Positions 28,574 to 39,841 are shown, counted from the first letter of the stretch. The stretch is 64,000 nucleotides of DNA from Candidatus Binatia bacterium (GCA_963664395.2 OY761159.2:4128001-4192000); one strand, 5' to 3'. The notes: a model not told the origin generated them from the letters alone. Translations and numbers: made by a program.

Positions 28574-31500
28574 ATGCGGATCAAACAGCTTGAACTACTC
28601 GGATTTAAGTCCTTTAAGCATAAGACGACGCTCACGTTTCCAAAAGGAATCACTGCCGTCGTTGGTCCAAACGGCTGTGGGAAGTCGAACATCGTAGACG
28701 CCTTGCGCTGGGTTTTAGGCGAGCAGAGCGCTCAACATCTCCGCGGCCAGGAGATGAGCGATGTTGTCTTTGCCGGGAATGACGGGAATGCGCCGCTCGG
28801 CATGGCCGATGTATCCCTCCTCTTGGAGAATCCGGATGGCCCTGGTCCGTTCGTCAATGGGACCAACAATGGTGCACATGGGAACGGCACGGTGCCGGAC
28901 TGGACGGAAGTCATGGTCTCGCGGCGCTATTTTCGTTCTGGAGATTCTGAGTACCTGTTCAATAAAGTCCCCTGCCGTTTACGCGATATTGTCGAATTCT
29001 TTCTTGGGACCGGAGCGGGTACCAAAGCCTATTCCATCATTGAGCAAGGTCGTGTCGAGGCGCTGATTAACGCTAAAGCGCAGGACATTCGGGCACTCGT
29101 AGAGGAAGCTGCTGGAGTGAGTTTGTACCGCAGTCGTCGTGTAGCTGCTGAGCGCAAACTCGAACGAACACGAGAAAATTTGTCTCGGCTAGCCGACCTT
29201 CTGCATGAGATGGACCGTCAGGTGGGCTCGCTCCGCCGTCAGGCAAAAAAGACTGAGCGCTATCAAGAGTTCCAAGAGGAGTTGAAAACCATTGACCTCA
29301 CGCTCCTGTGTCGCGCGTACCAAACGTTGACGGAAGAAGTGCACGTCCTGGGCAGCCGGCAGGAGGCGCTCGGACAAGAAGGAGACCGGCTCAACCTCGA
29401 GGCTCATACCCTCCAAGCAGAGCGGACATCCACAGCCGAGCGGGTCGCGCGCGAGGAAGACGCGCTCCGGGAACTCGAAGCGCGTATCCGTAAACTGGAA
29501 AGTACGCTCCAGCAGTCCGAGCAAAAACAGTCTTTCCGAGTGCAGCAGGAGGAGCAGACCCAAGCCCGTCTTGCCAATGCGGAGCAGGACTATCGTCTTG
29601 TGTCAGAGAAAAAAGAGCGAGTGCAACTGGAGTTATCTCAGCGAGCAGCGAGTGCGGCAGAGGTGGCTCAGCAGATGCGCCACGATGAAACCTCCCTGCA
29701 TACGCAAGAGCACGCCCTCGTCGGGCTGCAAGACGCCGCCCTGCAGCACGAACTTCAGACTGAGGAACTCAAAACCGAAATTGTTGATTTACTCACCCGC
29801 GGAGCGCAAGTCCAAAATGCGCTGGTGTACTCCCGTAAACGGACTGAGGAGGTCACTCGACGGTTGGAGGTATTGGCTCACGAAGCCAAGCAGCTGGGCC
29901 AACTCCGAGCAGAGACGGAGCAGGCGCTTGTCACGCTCCAGGAAAAATCATCGCACCTCAGCCAGCGTGTCCAACACGGACAACAGCAGCGCGAAGAAAA
30001 GAGCGCCGGGCTGCGCGCGACTAAGAGTGCCGGAGAACAACTTGATACCACACTCTCTGAGGCGTGGGCCCGGCAAGCAGAATTGCGCGTGCGGTTGACT
30101 ACCTTGGAAGAGCTGGAACAGGAGTACGATCGCTATGACCAAGGAGTTCAGTCGGTCATGGCTGACAGCGACTTTCCTGCGGTTGTTCTTGGGGTCGTGG
30201 CCCAAGTGATAGAAGTGCCGCAAGCCTATGAGCGCGCGGTTGCCGCTGTGTTACGGGAGAAGCTGGAGTATATGGTTGTGGCGGATACCGAGGCCGGCGT
30301 CGTGGCGGTAGACTATTTGAACCAGCTACAGTCCGGGTACGGGCATTTTATCCCGCTCCAACTCCAGTGTGACAAACAGACTCCATGTCTCACTGAGGCT
30401 GGCGAGCCGCTGTGGACGACTGTTGGAGAGGGGATTTCACCCCTCATCCACCATGTTGATATTCCGTCCAGCTATCGACAGATGGTCGAAGCCCTCCTCG
30501 GCGATGTCGTTCTCGTCCCAAACCTCCGAGTTGGGTTGGAACTATGGAACCAGAGCGAGGGCGCTCATACCTATGTCACGCCACAGGGGGAGGTCATTTC
30601 AGCCCTTGGCGGGGTCAGCGGAGGGAGTGGTGGCGTTGCGGGAGCGGTACTCCTTGAGCGGCGGCGCGAAATCCGAGGGTTAAGGCAGGAGCTGCCCCAA
30701 CAGGCTGAGAGCGTTACCACGCTTGTCGAGCGCCGGCAGACCATGAAGCAACGCCAACAGGCATTAGAAGGCGAGTTGCTGCAGATTGAAACCCAAGCCC
30801 GGCAACTGGGCCAAGAGAGTGAAGTACTCCAGCGTGAGGCGGGACAGCTCGAAGGTGAGCTGCGGCGTGTGCTCGACCGTGGAGAAGGGGTTGGCTACGA
30901 ACAGAATGCCTTGGGGCAAGAAAGCCAGTCTTTACAAACCGACATACTGAACGCCCAAACTCAAGAACTCGCCATTGCGACGCAACGTCGAGAGCGTGAG
31001 GTGCTGCTGGCCGTTACGCAAGCAGCGCTGGCAGAAGCAAAGGTTGCTTGTGACCAGCACCGTACCCAGATGGATGATCTGCGTGTCCGCGTTGCCGAAC
31101 ATCGAGAACGCCACGACGGCCTCCACACGCAGGTGAACCAACTCGGGCAACAGGTCCAGGAATTGGAAGAGCGGCTACAGGTCAGCTACGCTGATATCCA
31201 GGCTGGCAAGCAAGCGGCAGAACGCCTCCTGTTGGAAAAGGCCACGTTGGCGGCCCAGGTTACACACACGGCAGCCTCTCTTGATGCGGCGAAAGAAGAA
31301 CGCGCTCGTCGCCAAGCGGAGTGCGCTCAGTTCCGTGCGACGTATCAGCGGTGTGAAACGCGTATCGAAGAGAGCCGGCAGGCAGCCACTCAGCTTCAAG
31401 AGAAAAAAACCCGGATTGAAGTGAGTCTGGCTGAAAAGCGGGTGAGTCGTGAACATCTTGAGGAGACGGTCCAGGAACGCTACCAAGTAAGGTTACCGGA

Positions 31501-32179
31501 GGTCCTTGCGGCCTATAGTAACCAAGAACTCGACCAAGCCGAGGGAGAAGCGCGCCGTCAGGAATTGCGTGAGAAGCTTGCACGACTTGGTGAGGTCAAT
31601 CCGACCGCTGCGGCTGAGCTTGGTGAGGTCCAGGAACGTTTTACTTTTGTTGAATCTCAGAAGGCTGACCTGCTGCGCTCGATTGAGGATTTGCAGGGTA
31701 CGATTAATAAGTTGAATCGTGAGTCGCGGGATCGTTTTCGAGAAACCTTCCACCGCGTAAACGCCAAGTTCAGTGAGGTGTACGCGCGTTTGGTTGACAA
31801 GGGTAAGGCGCATATTGCCCTTACTACTGAATCCGATTTGTCTGAGAGCGGCGTAGAAATAGAAGTCGAACCCCCGGGCAAACGACTCCGTTCTATGCAG
31901 CTTCTCTCTGGAGGAGAGAAAGCCTTGGCCGCGCTGAGTTTCACATTCGCACTGTTTTTGATACGGCCGAGTCCGTTTTGCATCCTGGATGAGGTTGATG
32001 CTCCACTGGACGATGCCAATGTCGCCCGGTTCAATCAATTGTTGCGGGAAATGAGTGAGACGACGCAGATTGTTTTGATTACGCATAACAAGCGCACTAT
32101 GGAGGTGGCAGATACGCTCTACGGTGTCACTATGCAGGAGCCGGGCGTATCGACCATGGTGTCCGTGCGTGTGTCCTAA
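28574..32179 (+). CDS. smc: chromosome segregation protein SMC
   Basis: GFKSF, VGPNGCGKSN, long coiled coils with hinge, LLSGGEK, ILDEVDAPLD, ITHNK. Confidence 0.97.
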   Translation: MRIKQLELLGFKSFKHKTTLTFPKGITAVVGPNGCGKSNIVDALRWVLGEQSAQHLRGQEMSDVVFAGNDGNAPLGMADVSLLLENPDGPGPFVNGTNNGAHGNGTVPDWTEVMVSRRYFRSGDSEYLFNKVPCRLRDIVEFFLGTGAGTKAYSIIEQGRVEALINAKAQDIRALVEEAAGVSLYRSRRVAAERKLERTRENLSRLADLLHEMDRQVGSLRRQAKKTERYQEFQEELKTIDLTLLCRAYQTLTEEVHVLGSRQEALGQEGDRLNLEAHTLQAERTSTAERVAREEDALRELEARIRKLESTLQQSEQKQSFRVQQEEQTQARLANAEQDYRLVSEKKERVQLELSQRAASAAEVAQQMRHDETSLHTQEHALVGLQDAALQHELQTEELKTEIVDLLTRGAQVQNALVYSRKRTEEVTRRLEVLAHEAKQLGQLRAETEQALVTLQEKSSHLSQRVQHGQQQREEKSAGLRATKSAGEQLDTTLSEAWARQAELRVRLTTLEELEQEYDRYDQGVQSVMADSDFPAVVLGVVAQVIEVPQAYERAVAAVLREKLEYMVVADTEAGVVAVDYLNQLQSGYGHFIPLQLQCDKQTPCLTEAGEPLWTTVGEGISPLIHHVDIPSSYRQMVEALLGDVVLVPNLRVGLELWNQSEGAHTYVTPQGEVISALGGVSGGSGGVAGAVLLERRREIRGLRQELPQQAESVTTLVERRQTMKQRQQALEGELLQIETQARQLGQESEVLQREAGQLEGELRRVLDRGEGVGYEQNALGQESQSLQTDILNAQTQELAIATQRREREVLLAVTQAALAEAKVACDQHRTQMDDLRVRVAEHRERHDGLHTQVNQLGQQVQELEERLQVSYADIQAGKQAAERLLLEKATLAAQVTHTAASLDAAKEERARRQAECAQFRATYQRCETRIEESRQAATQLQEKKTRIEVSLAEKRVSREHLEETVQERYQVRLPEVLAAYSNQELDQAEGEARRQELREKLARLGEVNPTAAAELGEVQERFTFVESQKADLLRSIEDLQGTINKLNRESRDRFRETFHRVNAKFSEVYARLVDKGKAHIALTTESDLSESGVEIEVEPPGKRLRSMQLLSGGEKALAALSFTFALFLIRPSPFCILDEVDAPLDDANVARFNQLLREMSETTQIVLITHNKRTMEVADTLYGVTMQEPGVSTMVSVRVS

Positions 32180-33243
32180 TGGCTCTCCGGTTGTGGCGCC
32201 GAAAAAAGAAGGCACAGGCGGCCTCTGCTTCTCCCGCAGCTCCGCAAGCCCACGAGGCCACTCCGGCCCCGCTTACGAAAGACGCGCGCTGGCGACGGGG
32301 ACTCACCCGATTACGAGACATCTTGCGTCGTCCCTTTGACGCCTCGGAGCACAGCAAGCAGTCGAGGGAAGTATTCTTTTCGGACCTTGAGGAGGCCCTT
32401 ATCCAGGCCGATGTCGGGGTCGAGACCGCCTTATACATTATAGCCCGCCTACGAGCAGGGACGAATAATGCCCGGACAGGCACACAGTCTGAGGACGAGG
32501 CTGCAACCCTGCGCACTCAGCTCAAGGAAGAACTCCAATCCATTCTTGAGAGGACGGCTCAGGCGGTTGAACGGGATGATGCCTCTCGTCCAAGAGTTAT
32601 TCTTGTTGTCGGTGTCAATGGAGTCGGGAAGACGACCTCTATTGCGAAGTTGGCAGCACGCCTGAGAAAAGAAGGAAAAACAGTCCTGCTGGTCGCCGGG
32701 GATACTTTTCGAGCAGCCGCAATTGAACAACTCTCAGTCTGGGCCGAACGCTTAGGCATTGATATTATCAAGCACCAGGACGGAGCTTCGCCCTCCGCAG
32801 TTGTCTTTGACGGTGTCCGGGCCGCGGCGGCGCGCGCGGTCGACGTGGTCCTTATTGATACGGCCGGGCGGCTTCATACCAAAACGCCGCTTATGGAGGA
32901 GCTCAAAAAAATGTACCGGGTCATTGGGCGGGAGATCCCTGGGGCACCGCATGAGGTATTGCTGGTTTTGGATGCCAGCACTGGCCAAAATGCCCTCAGT
33001 CAGGCACGGGCTTTTCAGGCCGCTTTTCCGCTTACCGGTGTGATCCTCTCTAAAATGGATGGATCAGCAAAAGGCGGTATTGCCCTGGCCGTCGGTAGTC
33101 AGCTTGGGGTGCCAATTCAGTATATTGGACTTGGCGAGCAGCTTGAAGATTTAGAAGTATTCTCCCCGGCTGACTTTATGACTGCACTCTTCGAGCAGCC
33201 TGCGGACGATATTTCCCTTGACGCCATGTCCGAGAGGCAATAG
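32179..33243 (+). CDS. ftsY: signal recognition particle receptor FtsY
   Basis: GVNGVGKTT, DTFRAAA, DTAGR, SKMDGSAKGG. Confidence 0.96.
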   Translation: MALRLWRRKKKAQAASASPAAPQAHEATPAPLTKDARWRRGLTRLRDILRRPFDASEHSKQSREVFFSDLEEALIQADVGVETALYIIARLRAGTNNARTGTQSEDEAATLRTQLKEELQSILERTAQAVERDDASRPRVILVVGVNGVGKTTSIAKLAARLRKEGKTVLLVAGDTFRAAAIEQLSVWAERLGIDIIKHQDGASPSAVVFDGVRAAAARAVDVVLIDTAGRLHTKTPLMEELKKMYRVIGREIPGAPHEVLLVLDASTGQNALSQARAFQAAFPLTGVILSKMDGSAKGGIALAVGSQLGVPIQYIGLGEQLEDLEVFSPADFMTALFEQPADDISLDAMSERQ

Positions 33244-33246
33244 AGT
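33218..33246 (+). promoter_or_regulatory. candidate sigma70 promoter for zapB-zapA
   Basis: TTGACG-17 nt-TAGAGT at the end of ftsY. Confidence 0.5.
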
Positions 33247-33272
33247 AAACCTTTACTTTATGCTAGGGTGGT

Positions 33273-33515
33273 ATGGCGCTGGAAAGCCTAAAACTTCTTG
33301 AGACGAAATTGAGTGGATTCTTAGAACGCCACGAGCAGGTCCGGAGTGAAAATAGTGCACTCATGGTTCGGATTGATAAACATGAGTACGAACATGCGCT
33401 TCTGCTCAAGCGGATGCAGCAGTACGAAGCTGAGCGGAACGAGGTTCGTGGCCGCTTAGAGAAAATCCTGACTCAATTCAGTCATTTGGGCATTGTCTTG
33501 GAGGACGAGGGCTAG
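33273..33515 (+). CDS. zapB: ZapB-like coiled-coil cell division protein
   Basis: 80-aa coiled coil directly upstream of zapA. Confidence 0.7.
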   Translation: MALESLKLLETKLSGFLERHEQVRSENSALMVRIDKHEYEHALLLKRMQQYEAERNEVRGRLEKILTQFSHLGIVLEDEG

Positions 33516-33518
33516 GCT

Positions 33519-33920
33519 ATGAAGCGATTAATGGAAGTGCATATTTTTGGACAATCCTTCACTATCAATAGTGAAGATGATGAGCAATATGTTCGAAAAG
33601 TTACTTCTTTTGTTGACCAGCGCATGCGCCAGATTGCGGAAAGTGCAAAAGTGACGGTTCCTCTTCGAGTCGCGATTATGGCGGCGTTGAGCATTGCCGA
33701 CGAATTGGCCAAGTTCAGTCAGCAGGAATCGAGCCAGCAAGAAACCGAGCTTATCCAGGAAGCCGAGCTGATTTCGAGCCGGCTCCTTGAGAGTTTGGAA
33801 AAAGCCGAAAGCCTCGAAAATGGGGCAACGGCTGATAACACTTTGAGCTCACAACCTGCCAGCCAGTTGCCTTCCATGCTCAATGGAGAAGAGAGGAAAG
33901 TGACACCACTCGCATCCTGA
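33519..33920 (+). CDS. zapA: cell division protein ZapA
   Basis: VHIFGQSFTI...YVRKV..FVDQRM...AIMAALSIADEL. Confidence 0.9.
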   Translation: MKRLMEVHIFGQSFTINSEDDEQYVRKVTSFVDQRMRQIAESAKVTVPLRVAIMAALSIADELAKFSQQESSQQETELIQEAELISSRLLESLEKAESLENGATADNTLSSQPASQLPSMLNGEERKVTPLAS

Positions 33921-33939
33921 AGGTGAGTGGCTCCGGTTG

Positions 33940-34120
33940 TACTATCCCCTCTTGCGCTCCTTCCGCCCTTGAATGAAGAAGGAAGGAGATCGTCCTAATT
34001 GACGATAGACGGTGCTCGTTGTCATCTCAGGGGCCTCTGTCTATTCAGAGTGACCTCCGAGCCCATGTCTTATTGAGCAGAAAGGATATGTCCGAAGCGG
34101 ATGTGTAGTAGGGGAAGTAG
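33940..34120 (+). ncRNA. ssrS: probable 6S RNA
   Basis: About 180 nt between zapA and rny, the established ssrS position. The ends TACTATCCCCT and AGGGGAAGTA pair into a closing stem. Not verified with a covariance model. Confidence 0.6.
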
Positions 34121-34167
34121 CTACCACGGCGAGGTCATGCGACCTGAGTGTGGTAAGGAGGTGAATA

Positions 34168-35718
34168 ATGGAACTTTTCTTAGGACTGCTGATAGGTACA
34201 GCTGGTGCCGGAGGATTCGTCTTCCTGCGTCAAAAATGGAATCAAGAAACCATACACGGTGCAGAGGAGGCCGCGCAACAGATTCTTGATGAAGCAAAAA
34301 AAGAAGGCTCGGTCATTAAACGAGAATCCCAAGTGCAGGCCAAGGATACGATTCTGCAGGCAAAAGGCGAAGTAGAGAAGGAAATAAACGAAAGGCGGAA
34401 AGAAATTCAACAGGTTGAGCGACGTATCCAAGGACGTGATGAAGTATTGGAGAAGCGTTCCGAGGCCCTGGCTGGTCGGGAAGACAGCTTGAACCGTCGT
34501 GAACAAAGCCTCAAGAATAAAGCGGACGATTATCAGAAAAAAGAGCAAGAGTACGACCACTTAATAGGCCAAACGCACCAGAAACTTGAACAAATAGCGG
34601 GCCTCAGTCGAGATGAGGCGAAACAAGTCCTGGTTGACCAGATGACTGAGGAGGCTCGCCAAGATGCCTCACGACGGATCATGACCATAGAAGAAGAGGC
34701 ACGAGAAGAAGCGACCCGTCGGGCCCGAAAAATTATCAGTATTGCGATTGAACGCCTGTCCGGTGAGTTTGTTTCCGAACGCACTGCATCGGTTATTCAT
34801 CTCCCAAGCGATGATATGAAAGGCCGTATTATTGGCCGTGAGGGACGAAACATCCGGGCGTTTGAGGCTGCGACTGGAGTTGACCTTGTTATTGATGATA
34901 CTCCGGAAGCGGTGCTGATTTCGAGTCATAGTCCCATTCGACGAGAAATTACGCGGGTTGCGCTTGAGCGGTTGATTTCGGACGGTCGCATTAATCCGGG
35001 CCGTATCGAAGAGGTCGTGAAAAAAGCTGAAGGCGAAGTTGAAGAATCCGTCCGTGAGGCTGGTCAACGCGCAGTGCTTGAACTTGGCATCCATGGGGTG
35101 CATCCCGAGATCATCAAGCTGATTGGGATGTTGAAGTATCGCTATAGCTATGGCCAGAATGTCCTCATGCATTCAATAGAAACGGCATATATCTGCGGTA
35201 TTATCGCAGCCGAATTGGGGCTCAATGAGAAGCAAGCCAGACGTTCAGGACTTCTCCACGACATCGGGAAAGCAGTTTCTCATGAGATTGAAGGGTCGCA
35301 CGCGATCATCGGCGGAGAAGTGGCTCGTAAATACGGCGAGTCGGCAAAAATAGTCAACGCCATTGCTGCACACCACGAGGAGGTCCGGGCGGAAACCGTT
35401 CTCGCACCAATTGTTGATGCCGCTGATGCGTTGTCCGGCGCGCGGCCGGGCGCGCGCCGAGAGGTGCTGGAAAGCTATGTCAGACGCCTCGAAGATCTGG
35501 AGCGCATCAGTGGTGCGTATAATGGCGTGGAGAAGTCATTTGCTGTGCAAGCCGGACGCGAAGTGCGCATTATGGTGAATCCGGGCTCAGTGTCGGATGG
35601 TGATGCATCGAGCATTGCCAGAGGGGTGGCCAAACAAATCGAGAGTGAGATGACGTATCCCGGTCAAATTAAAGTCACGGTCATCCGCGAATCGCGATCC
35701 ACCGAATACGCGCGTTAA
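34168..35718 (+). CDS. rny: ribonuclease Y
   Basis: N-terminal TM, coiled coil, KH motif [16 protein letters not shown] motif [19 protein letters not shown]. Confidence 0.97.
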   Translation: MELFLGLLIGTAGAGGFVFLRQKWNQETIHGAEEAAQQILDEAKKEGSVIKRESQVQAKDTILQAKGEVEKEINERRKEIQQVERRIQGRDEVLEKRSEALAGREDSLNRREQSLKNKADDYQKKEQEYDHLIGQTHQKLEQIAGLSRDEAKQVLVDQMTEEARQDASRRIMTIEEEAREEATRRARKIISIAIERLSGEFVSERTASVIHLPSDDMKGRIIGREGRNIRAFEAATGVDLVIDDTPEAVLISSHSPIRREITRVALERLISDGRINPGRIEEVVKKAEGEVEESVREAGQRAVLELGIHGVHPEIIKLIGMLKYRYSYGQNVLMHSIETAYICGIIAAELGLNEKQARRSGLLHDIGKAVSHEIEGSHAIIGGEVARKYGESAKIVNAIAAHHEEVRAETVLAPIVDAADALSGARPGARREVLESYVRRLEDLERISGAYNGVEKSFAVQAGREVRIMVNPGSVSDGDASSIARGVAKQIESEMTYPGQIKVTVIRESRSTEYAR

Positions 35719-35732
35719 AAGGTCAGGAGGCT

Positions 35733-36941
35733 ATGGCCCTGTTAGTTGAAGAACAACTCAAGGAAATTGAACGAGGAAGCGTTGATATTATTCCGCTGGA
35801 AGCGCTCAAGCAAAAGCTGGGACGCGGGAAACCCTTACGTGTGAAATGGGGCGCGGACCCTTCCGCCCCGGACTTGCATCTCGGTCATACCGTTGTCCTG
35901 AACAAACTCCGCCAGTTCCAGGAGTTAGGTCACACTGTCATTTTCTTAATCGGTGACTTTACTGCCATGATCGGTGACCCCACCGGTCGTTCTGAAACGC
36001 GTAAAGCCCTGACACGCGAGCAAGTCAAGGCGAACGCTGAGACCTACACGCAGCAGGTCTTTAAGATTCTTGATCCTGGCCGAACCGAACTGCGTTTTAA
36101 CTCAGAATGGATCGATCCTCTTTCGCCCACTGATATGGTCAAGCTGTGCGGCCACTATACAGTGGCCCGGTTGCTTGAGCGGGATGATTTTTCCAAACGC
36201 TTTAAAACCGGTGTGCCTATCCACGTGCATGAATTTCTGTACCCGCTGATCCAGGGCTATGATTCTGTTGCCCTTCAGGCAGACGTTGAGCTCGGTGGAA
36301 CAGACCAACGCTTTAATCTCTTGGTCGGACGTGAGATGCAGCGCGGCTTTGGCCAGGAACCTCAGGTCATTCTGACGACGCCTATTCTCGAAGGTATTAA
36401 TGGTACGCAAAAGATGAGCAAATCGCTGGGTAACGCGGTGGGCATAACGGACCCACCGGACGACATGTACGGTAAGATCATGTCGATTTCTGACGCGCTG
36501 ATGCTCAGCTACTACGAACTGCTCAGTTCCGTTGATGCCGCCCATGTCCAAGCGGTCGCAGCCGGACGCATCCATCCCATGGAGGCCAAGAAGCAATTGG
36601 CGGCCGAGCTGGTGACTCGCTTTCATGGCGGCCCGGCGGCCGCGTGCTCGGCAGAAGAATTTTCTCGGCGTTTTCAGTACGGGCAACCTCCAGAAGAGAT
36701 AGGGTCGTACGCCTGGGCTGGTACGGAACCTCAAGTCTGGGTTTGCCATGTACTGAAGACCTCGGGCCTCGTGAAATCGACGAGCGAGGCCCGTCGGCTC
36801 ATCCAGCAAGGTGGGGTGAGACTAGCTGGTGAACGAGTGAGTGACGCTGAGCTGCAGATCCCAGCGCAAGGAGAGGTGGTCCTCCAGGTTGGTAAACGGC
36901 GCATCCTCAAGATCGTCTTTGGGGCAGAGGCACCCTCTTGA
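35733..36941 (+). CDS. tyrS: tyrosine--tRNA ligase
   Basis: [29 protein letters not shown]-terminal S4 domain. Confidence 0.97.
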   Translation: MALLVEEQLKEIERGSVDIIPLEALKQKLGRGKPLRVKWGADPSAPDLHLGHTVVLNKLRQFQELGHTVIFLIGDFTAMIGDPTGRSETRKALTREQVKANAETYTQQVFKILDPGRTELRFNSEWIDPLSPTDMVKLCGHYTVARLLERDDFSKRFKTGVPIHVHEFLYPLIQGYDSVALQADVELGGTDQRFNLLVGREMQRGFGQEPQVILTTPILEGINGTQKMSKSLGNAVGITDPPDDMYGKIMSISDALMLSYYELLSSVDAAHVQAVAAGRIHPMEAKKQLAAELVTRFHGGPAAACSAEEFSRRFQYGQPPEEIGSYAWAGTEPQVWVCHVLKTSGLVKSTSEARRLIQQGGVRLAGERVSDAELQIPAQGEVVLQVGKRRILKIVFGAEAPS

Positions 36942-36949
36942 CCTGCGTT

Positions 36950-37861
36950 ATGTCATCCTCGCCTGACTCTGCCCATCGGTGTGGTTTTATCTCGCTCGTT
37001 GGCCGTCCCAACGTCGGGAAATCAACACTGCTCAATACTTTGATAGGAGCTCGGATTGCCATTGTCTCGCCCAAGCCCCAAACCACACGAACGCGTATAA
37101 CCGGTATCAAAACCCAGTCTGACGCCCAACTCATTTTTGTTGATACACCGGGTATCCATGGCCGTCAGCATTCTCTGCTCAATCGGCGCATGGTTGGTAC
37201 TGCCCTGCGTGCCTTGCAAGAAACCGATGTCACGCTCTTCCTGGTCGATGCGGCGCAGGGTCTGACCGCAGCCGATAAACAGATTGCCCAGCGCCTCACC
37301 CAGCTCAAGAGTCATGTCCTGGTTGGGCTGAACAAGATTGACCTTGTCCAGAAAGTAGCCCTCATTCCGCTGCTCGAACAGTTAGGGCAGGTGCTGCCTG
37401 AGTATGAGGTGATTCCTGTCAGCGCGCTCAAAGGGGAGAATACGGCCGAACTCGTGTCCACACTGATTACCGTTCTCCCGACTGGCCCGGCACTCTACCC
37501 GGATGATGATGTCACGGATCAGAGCGAACGGGTACTCGCCCAGGAGTTGGTCCGGGAACAGCTGTTTTTCCATACCCAACAGGAAATTCCGTATCATACG
37601 GCTGTTATTGTTGAGCGCTTTGAAGAGGTCGTTGAGAAACCGCTGGTACGTATTTACGCAACAATCCACGTTGAGCGGCCGTCCCAGAAGGCCATTGTCA
37701 TCGGTCAAAAAGGAGTCCGGCTCAAGAAAATCGGCCAGGCCGCGCGCCAGCGTATGGAAGCCTTTTTTGGCTGCCAGGTATATCTGGAACTCTTTGTGAA
37801 AATTTCAAAAGGCTGGACGAATAGCCTTGGGATGCTGCGCGAATTGGGATTATCGCATTAG
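36950..37861 (+). CDS. era: GTPase Era
   Basis: GRPNVGKS, PQTTR, DTPG, NKID, KH VIGQKG. Confidence 0.96.
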   Translation: MSSSPDSAHRCGFISLVGRPNVGKSTLLNTLIGARIAIVSPKPQTTRTRITGIKTQSDAQLIFVDTPGIHGRQHSLLNRRMVGTALRALQETDVTLFLVDAAQGLTAADKQIAQRLTQLKSHVLVGLNKIDLVQKVALIPLLEQLGQVLPEYEVIPVSALKGENTAELVSTLITVLPTGPALYPDDDVTDQSERVLAQELVREQLFFHTQQEIPYHTAVIVERFEEVVEKPLVRIYATIHVERPSQKAIVIGQKGVRLKKIGQAARQRMEAFFGCQVYLELFVKISKGWTNSLGMLRELGLSH

Positions 37862-37952
37862 CGGGAAACGGATTGCTGCTTGAGGAAAAACCTCAACCTC
37901 TGACGAGGGCTCACCGCTTGACGAACGAGAGACGACATAACGGAGTAGGATA

Positions 37953-39323
37953 ATGGGCTGGCTGGCCGGCTGGGGAATGGTCCTGACTCGCTGGACGGAA
38001 CGCTGGATACCCGACTCGTGGGTCATCGCCGTCATGTTGACGCTCGTTGTGGCCCTCCTTGCCCTTACGGTCGGGGGTGCCTCTCCTGCGACTGCATTGA
38101 CCGCGTGGGGGGATGGCTTATGGGCCTTACTCAGCCTCACCATGCAGTTTACCGTCATGATGGTCGTGGCGTATGCCTGCGCCGTATCCCCTCCGCTTAA
38201 GCGGCTGTTTGTGTGGCTCGCCTCGTGTCCCAATCCGGACAAACCGCGCCAGGCGATTATCCTCATGGCCTTGTTTTCGACAGTCACGGCCTGGCTCAAC
38301 TGGGCCTTGAGTCTCGTCATTTCGGCGGCGTTTCTCCCTTTTATGGTGCGTTCCAACCCGCGCGTGGACTTTCGCTTGCTCGTAACGTGTGCCTATCTCG
38401 GCGTCGGAACGGTGTGGCATACCGGCTTATCCGGCTCGGCTCCGCTCATCATTGCAACGCCGGATAATTTTCTCATCAAGGCCGGGGTCTTATCGGAAAC
38501 CATTCCCACCACGCAGACCATATTTGCCTCGTTCAATTTATGGTACGCGCTTGCGGCGGGACTTGTGGGTATTCTTATTGCCGCAATTCTTGTCCCACCA
38601 GCAGCGGCCGCAGTGACGGCCTCGCCCGCACAGGTCGACCGCTTGGAAGCGTTGAACGAATCAATACAAAAACCAGACTCGATGCGACCGGCAGAGAAAA
38701 TGGAATGGTGGCCCGGCTGGTCCCTGATTGCCAGTAGCGCCATGCTGCTCTACTTCGGGCTCCAGATTATCGAAAAAGGCTTTGGCCAGACCTGGACGAT
38801 TGATAATTACAACCTGTTATTCCTGGCCTTGGGCCTTCTCCTGCACTGGTATCCCAAGTCCTTTTTGCACGCCTGTGAACAAGGGATTCGCAATACCTGG
38901 GGGATCGTCATTCAGTACCCTTTGTACGCAGGAATTTTTGGACTGATGTCCTATACCGCTCTGGGTGAAGTGCTGACTGCCTTTTTCATTGACGCCAGTT
39001 CGCCCCGAACCTTTCCATCAATTGTGTATCTGTATTCCGGGGTGCTGAACTATTTCGTGCCGTCGGGCGGGTCGAAATGGATCGTTGAAGCCTCCTATCT
39101 CATCCCGGCCGGCCAGACCTTGGGACTCTCTATCCCAACCATCACACTGAGCTATGCGTATGGAGACATGACGACCAACTTGTTGCAACCCTTTTGGGCG
39201 ATTCCCATTCTCACCGTTGCCGGACTGCGCTTTGGCGATATCATGGGCTATTGCTTGCTCTTGGCCGGATTTCTGGTCCTGTTTAATCTGTGCGCGTTGT
39301 TCTTGATCCCGTTGCAGCTCTGA
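37953..39323 (+). CDS. atoE: short-chain fatty acid transporter (AtoE/TIGR00366 family)
   Basis: ERWIPDS, WH.GLSGSAPL, FVPSGGSKW, YGD..TNLLQPFWAIP. Multi-pass hydrophobic protein. Confidence 0.88.
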   Translation: MGWLAGWGMVLTRWTERWIPDSWVIAVMLTLVVALLALTVGGASPATALTAWGDGLWALLSLTMQFTVMMVVAYACAVSPPLKRLFVWLASCPNPDKPRQAIILMALFSTVTAWLNWALSLVISAAFLPFMVRSNPRVDFRLLVTCAYLGVGTVWHTGLSGSAPLIIATPDNFLIKAGVLSETIPTTQTIFASFNLWYALAAGLVGILIAAILVPPAAAAVTASPAQVDRLEALNESIQKPDSMRPAEKMEWWPGWSLIASSAMLLYFGLQIIEKGFGQTWTIDNYNLLFLALGLLLHWYPKSFLHACEQGIRNTWGIVIQYPLYAGIFGLMSYTALGEVLTAFFIDASSPRTFPSIVYLYSGVLNYFVPSGGSKWIVEASYLIPAGQTLGLSIPTITLSYAYGDMTTNLLQPFWAIPILTVAGLRFGDIMGYCLLLAGFLVLFNLCALFLIPLQL

Positions 39324-39354
39324 CCCTCTGACCATGCCCCCTGCGCATATCCGT

Positions 39355-39708
39355 CTACGTCTCTGTTTTTGACGGCGTATAAATCGGGGTGGGGAGTTGG
39401 GCCACTTTCCCGTTCGAATCCGAGGCGGGATGGATTTTACTGGCCCCTCGTTTTTCTACTTCATCGATACGGACCACCGAGTGCAACGGAATATAGGTGC
39501 GTTCCACATCCGCGAATTCGTGCTGCAAGCTTTCTTCTGATGGGTCAATGACGAGGGTCGATTTCTCGCCAAAGAGCAGTCCCTCCACTGCGACAAATCC
39601 AAATAATTCGCCGTGACTGATGCTTTTGGCGTAAATTTCGTACACTTTGCCTTCATTCAGAAAGACAATTTTATACACTTTTTTCTTGACCGTGCGTCCG
39701 GTTGCCAT
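39355..39708 (-). CDS. DUF1820 family protein
   Basis: YKIVFLNEGKVYEIYA...VIDPSEE.L..EF..V.RTYIP.HSVVRIDEV. Confidence 0.85.
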   Translation of the reverse strand: MATGRTVKKKVYKIVFLNEGKVYEIYAKSISHGELFGFVAVEGLLFGEKSTLVIDPSEESLQHEFADVERTYIPLHSVVRIDEVEKRGASKIHPASDSNGKVAQLPTPIYTPSKTET

Positions 39709-39804
39709 AGTGTTGTATTCTACCTCTATACAATAGTGTTGGTTGGGTATCGGCAAGCAGAGGGCAGGCCCTCTTTGCCCAGACACAAAGATTGGTCTTC
39801 ATCC

Positions 39805-39841
39805 CAAGATTGTCAACCCGTCAAGATTGTCAACCCGTCAA
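39805..39841. repeat. 17-bp tandem duplication at the dacB stop codon
   Basis: CAAGATTGTCAACCCGT x2 plus CAA. Confidence 0.85.

Noticed and set aside
34101-34289. 62-aa ORF overlapping the rny start
   Set aside because: It overlaps rny in another frame and the probable 6S RNA end, and has no recognisable features.
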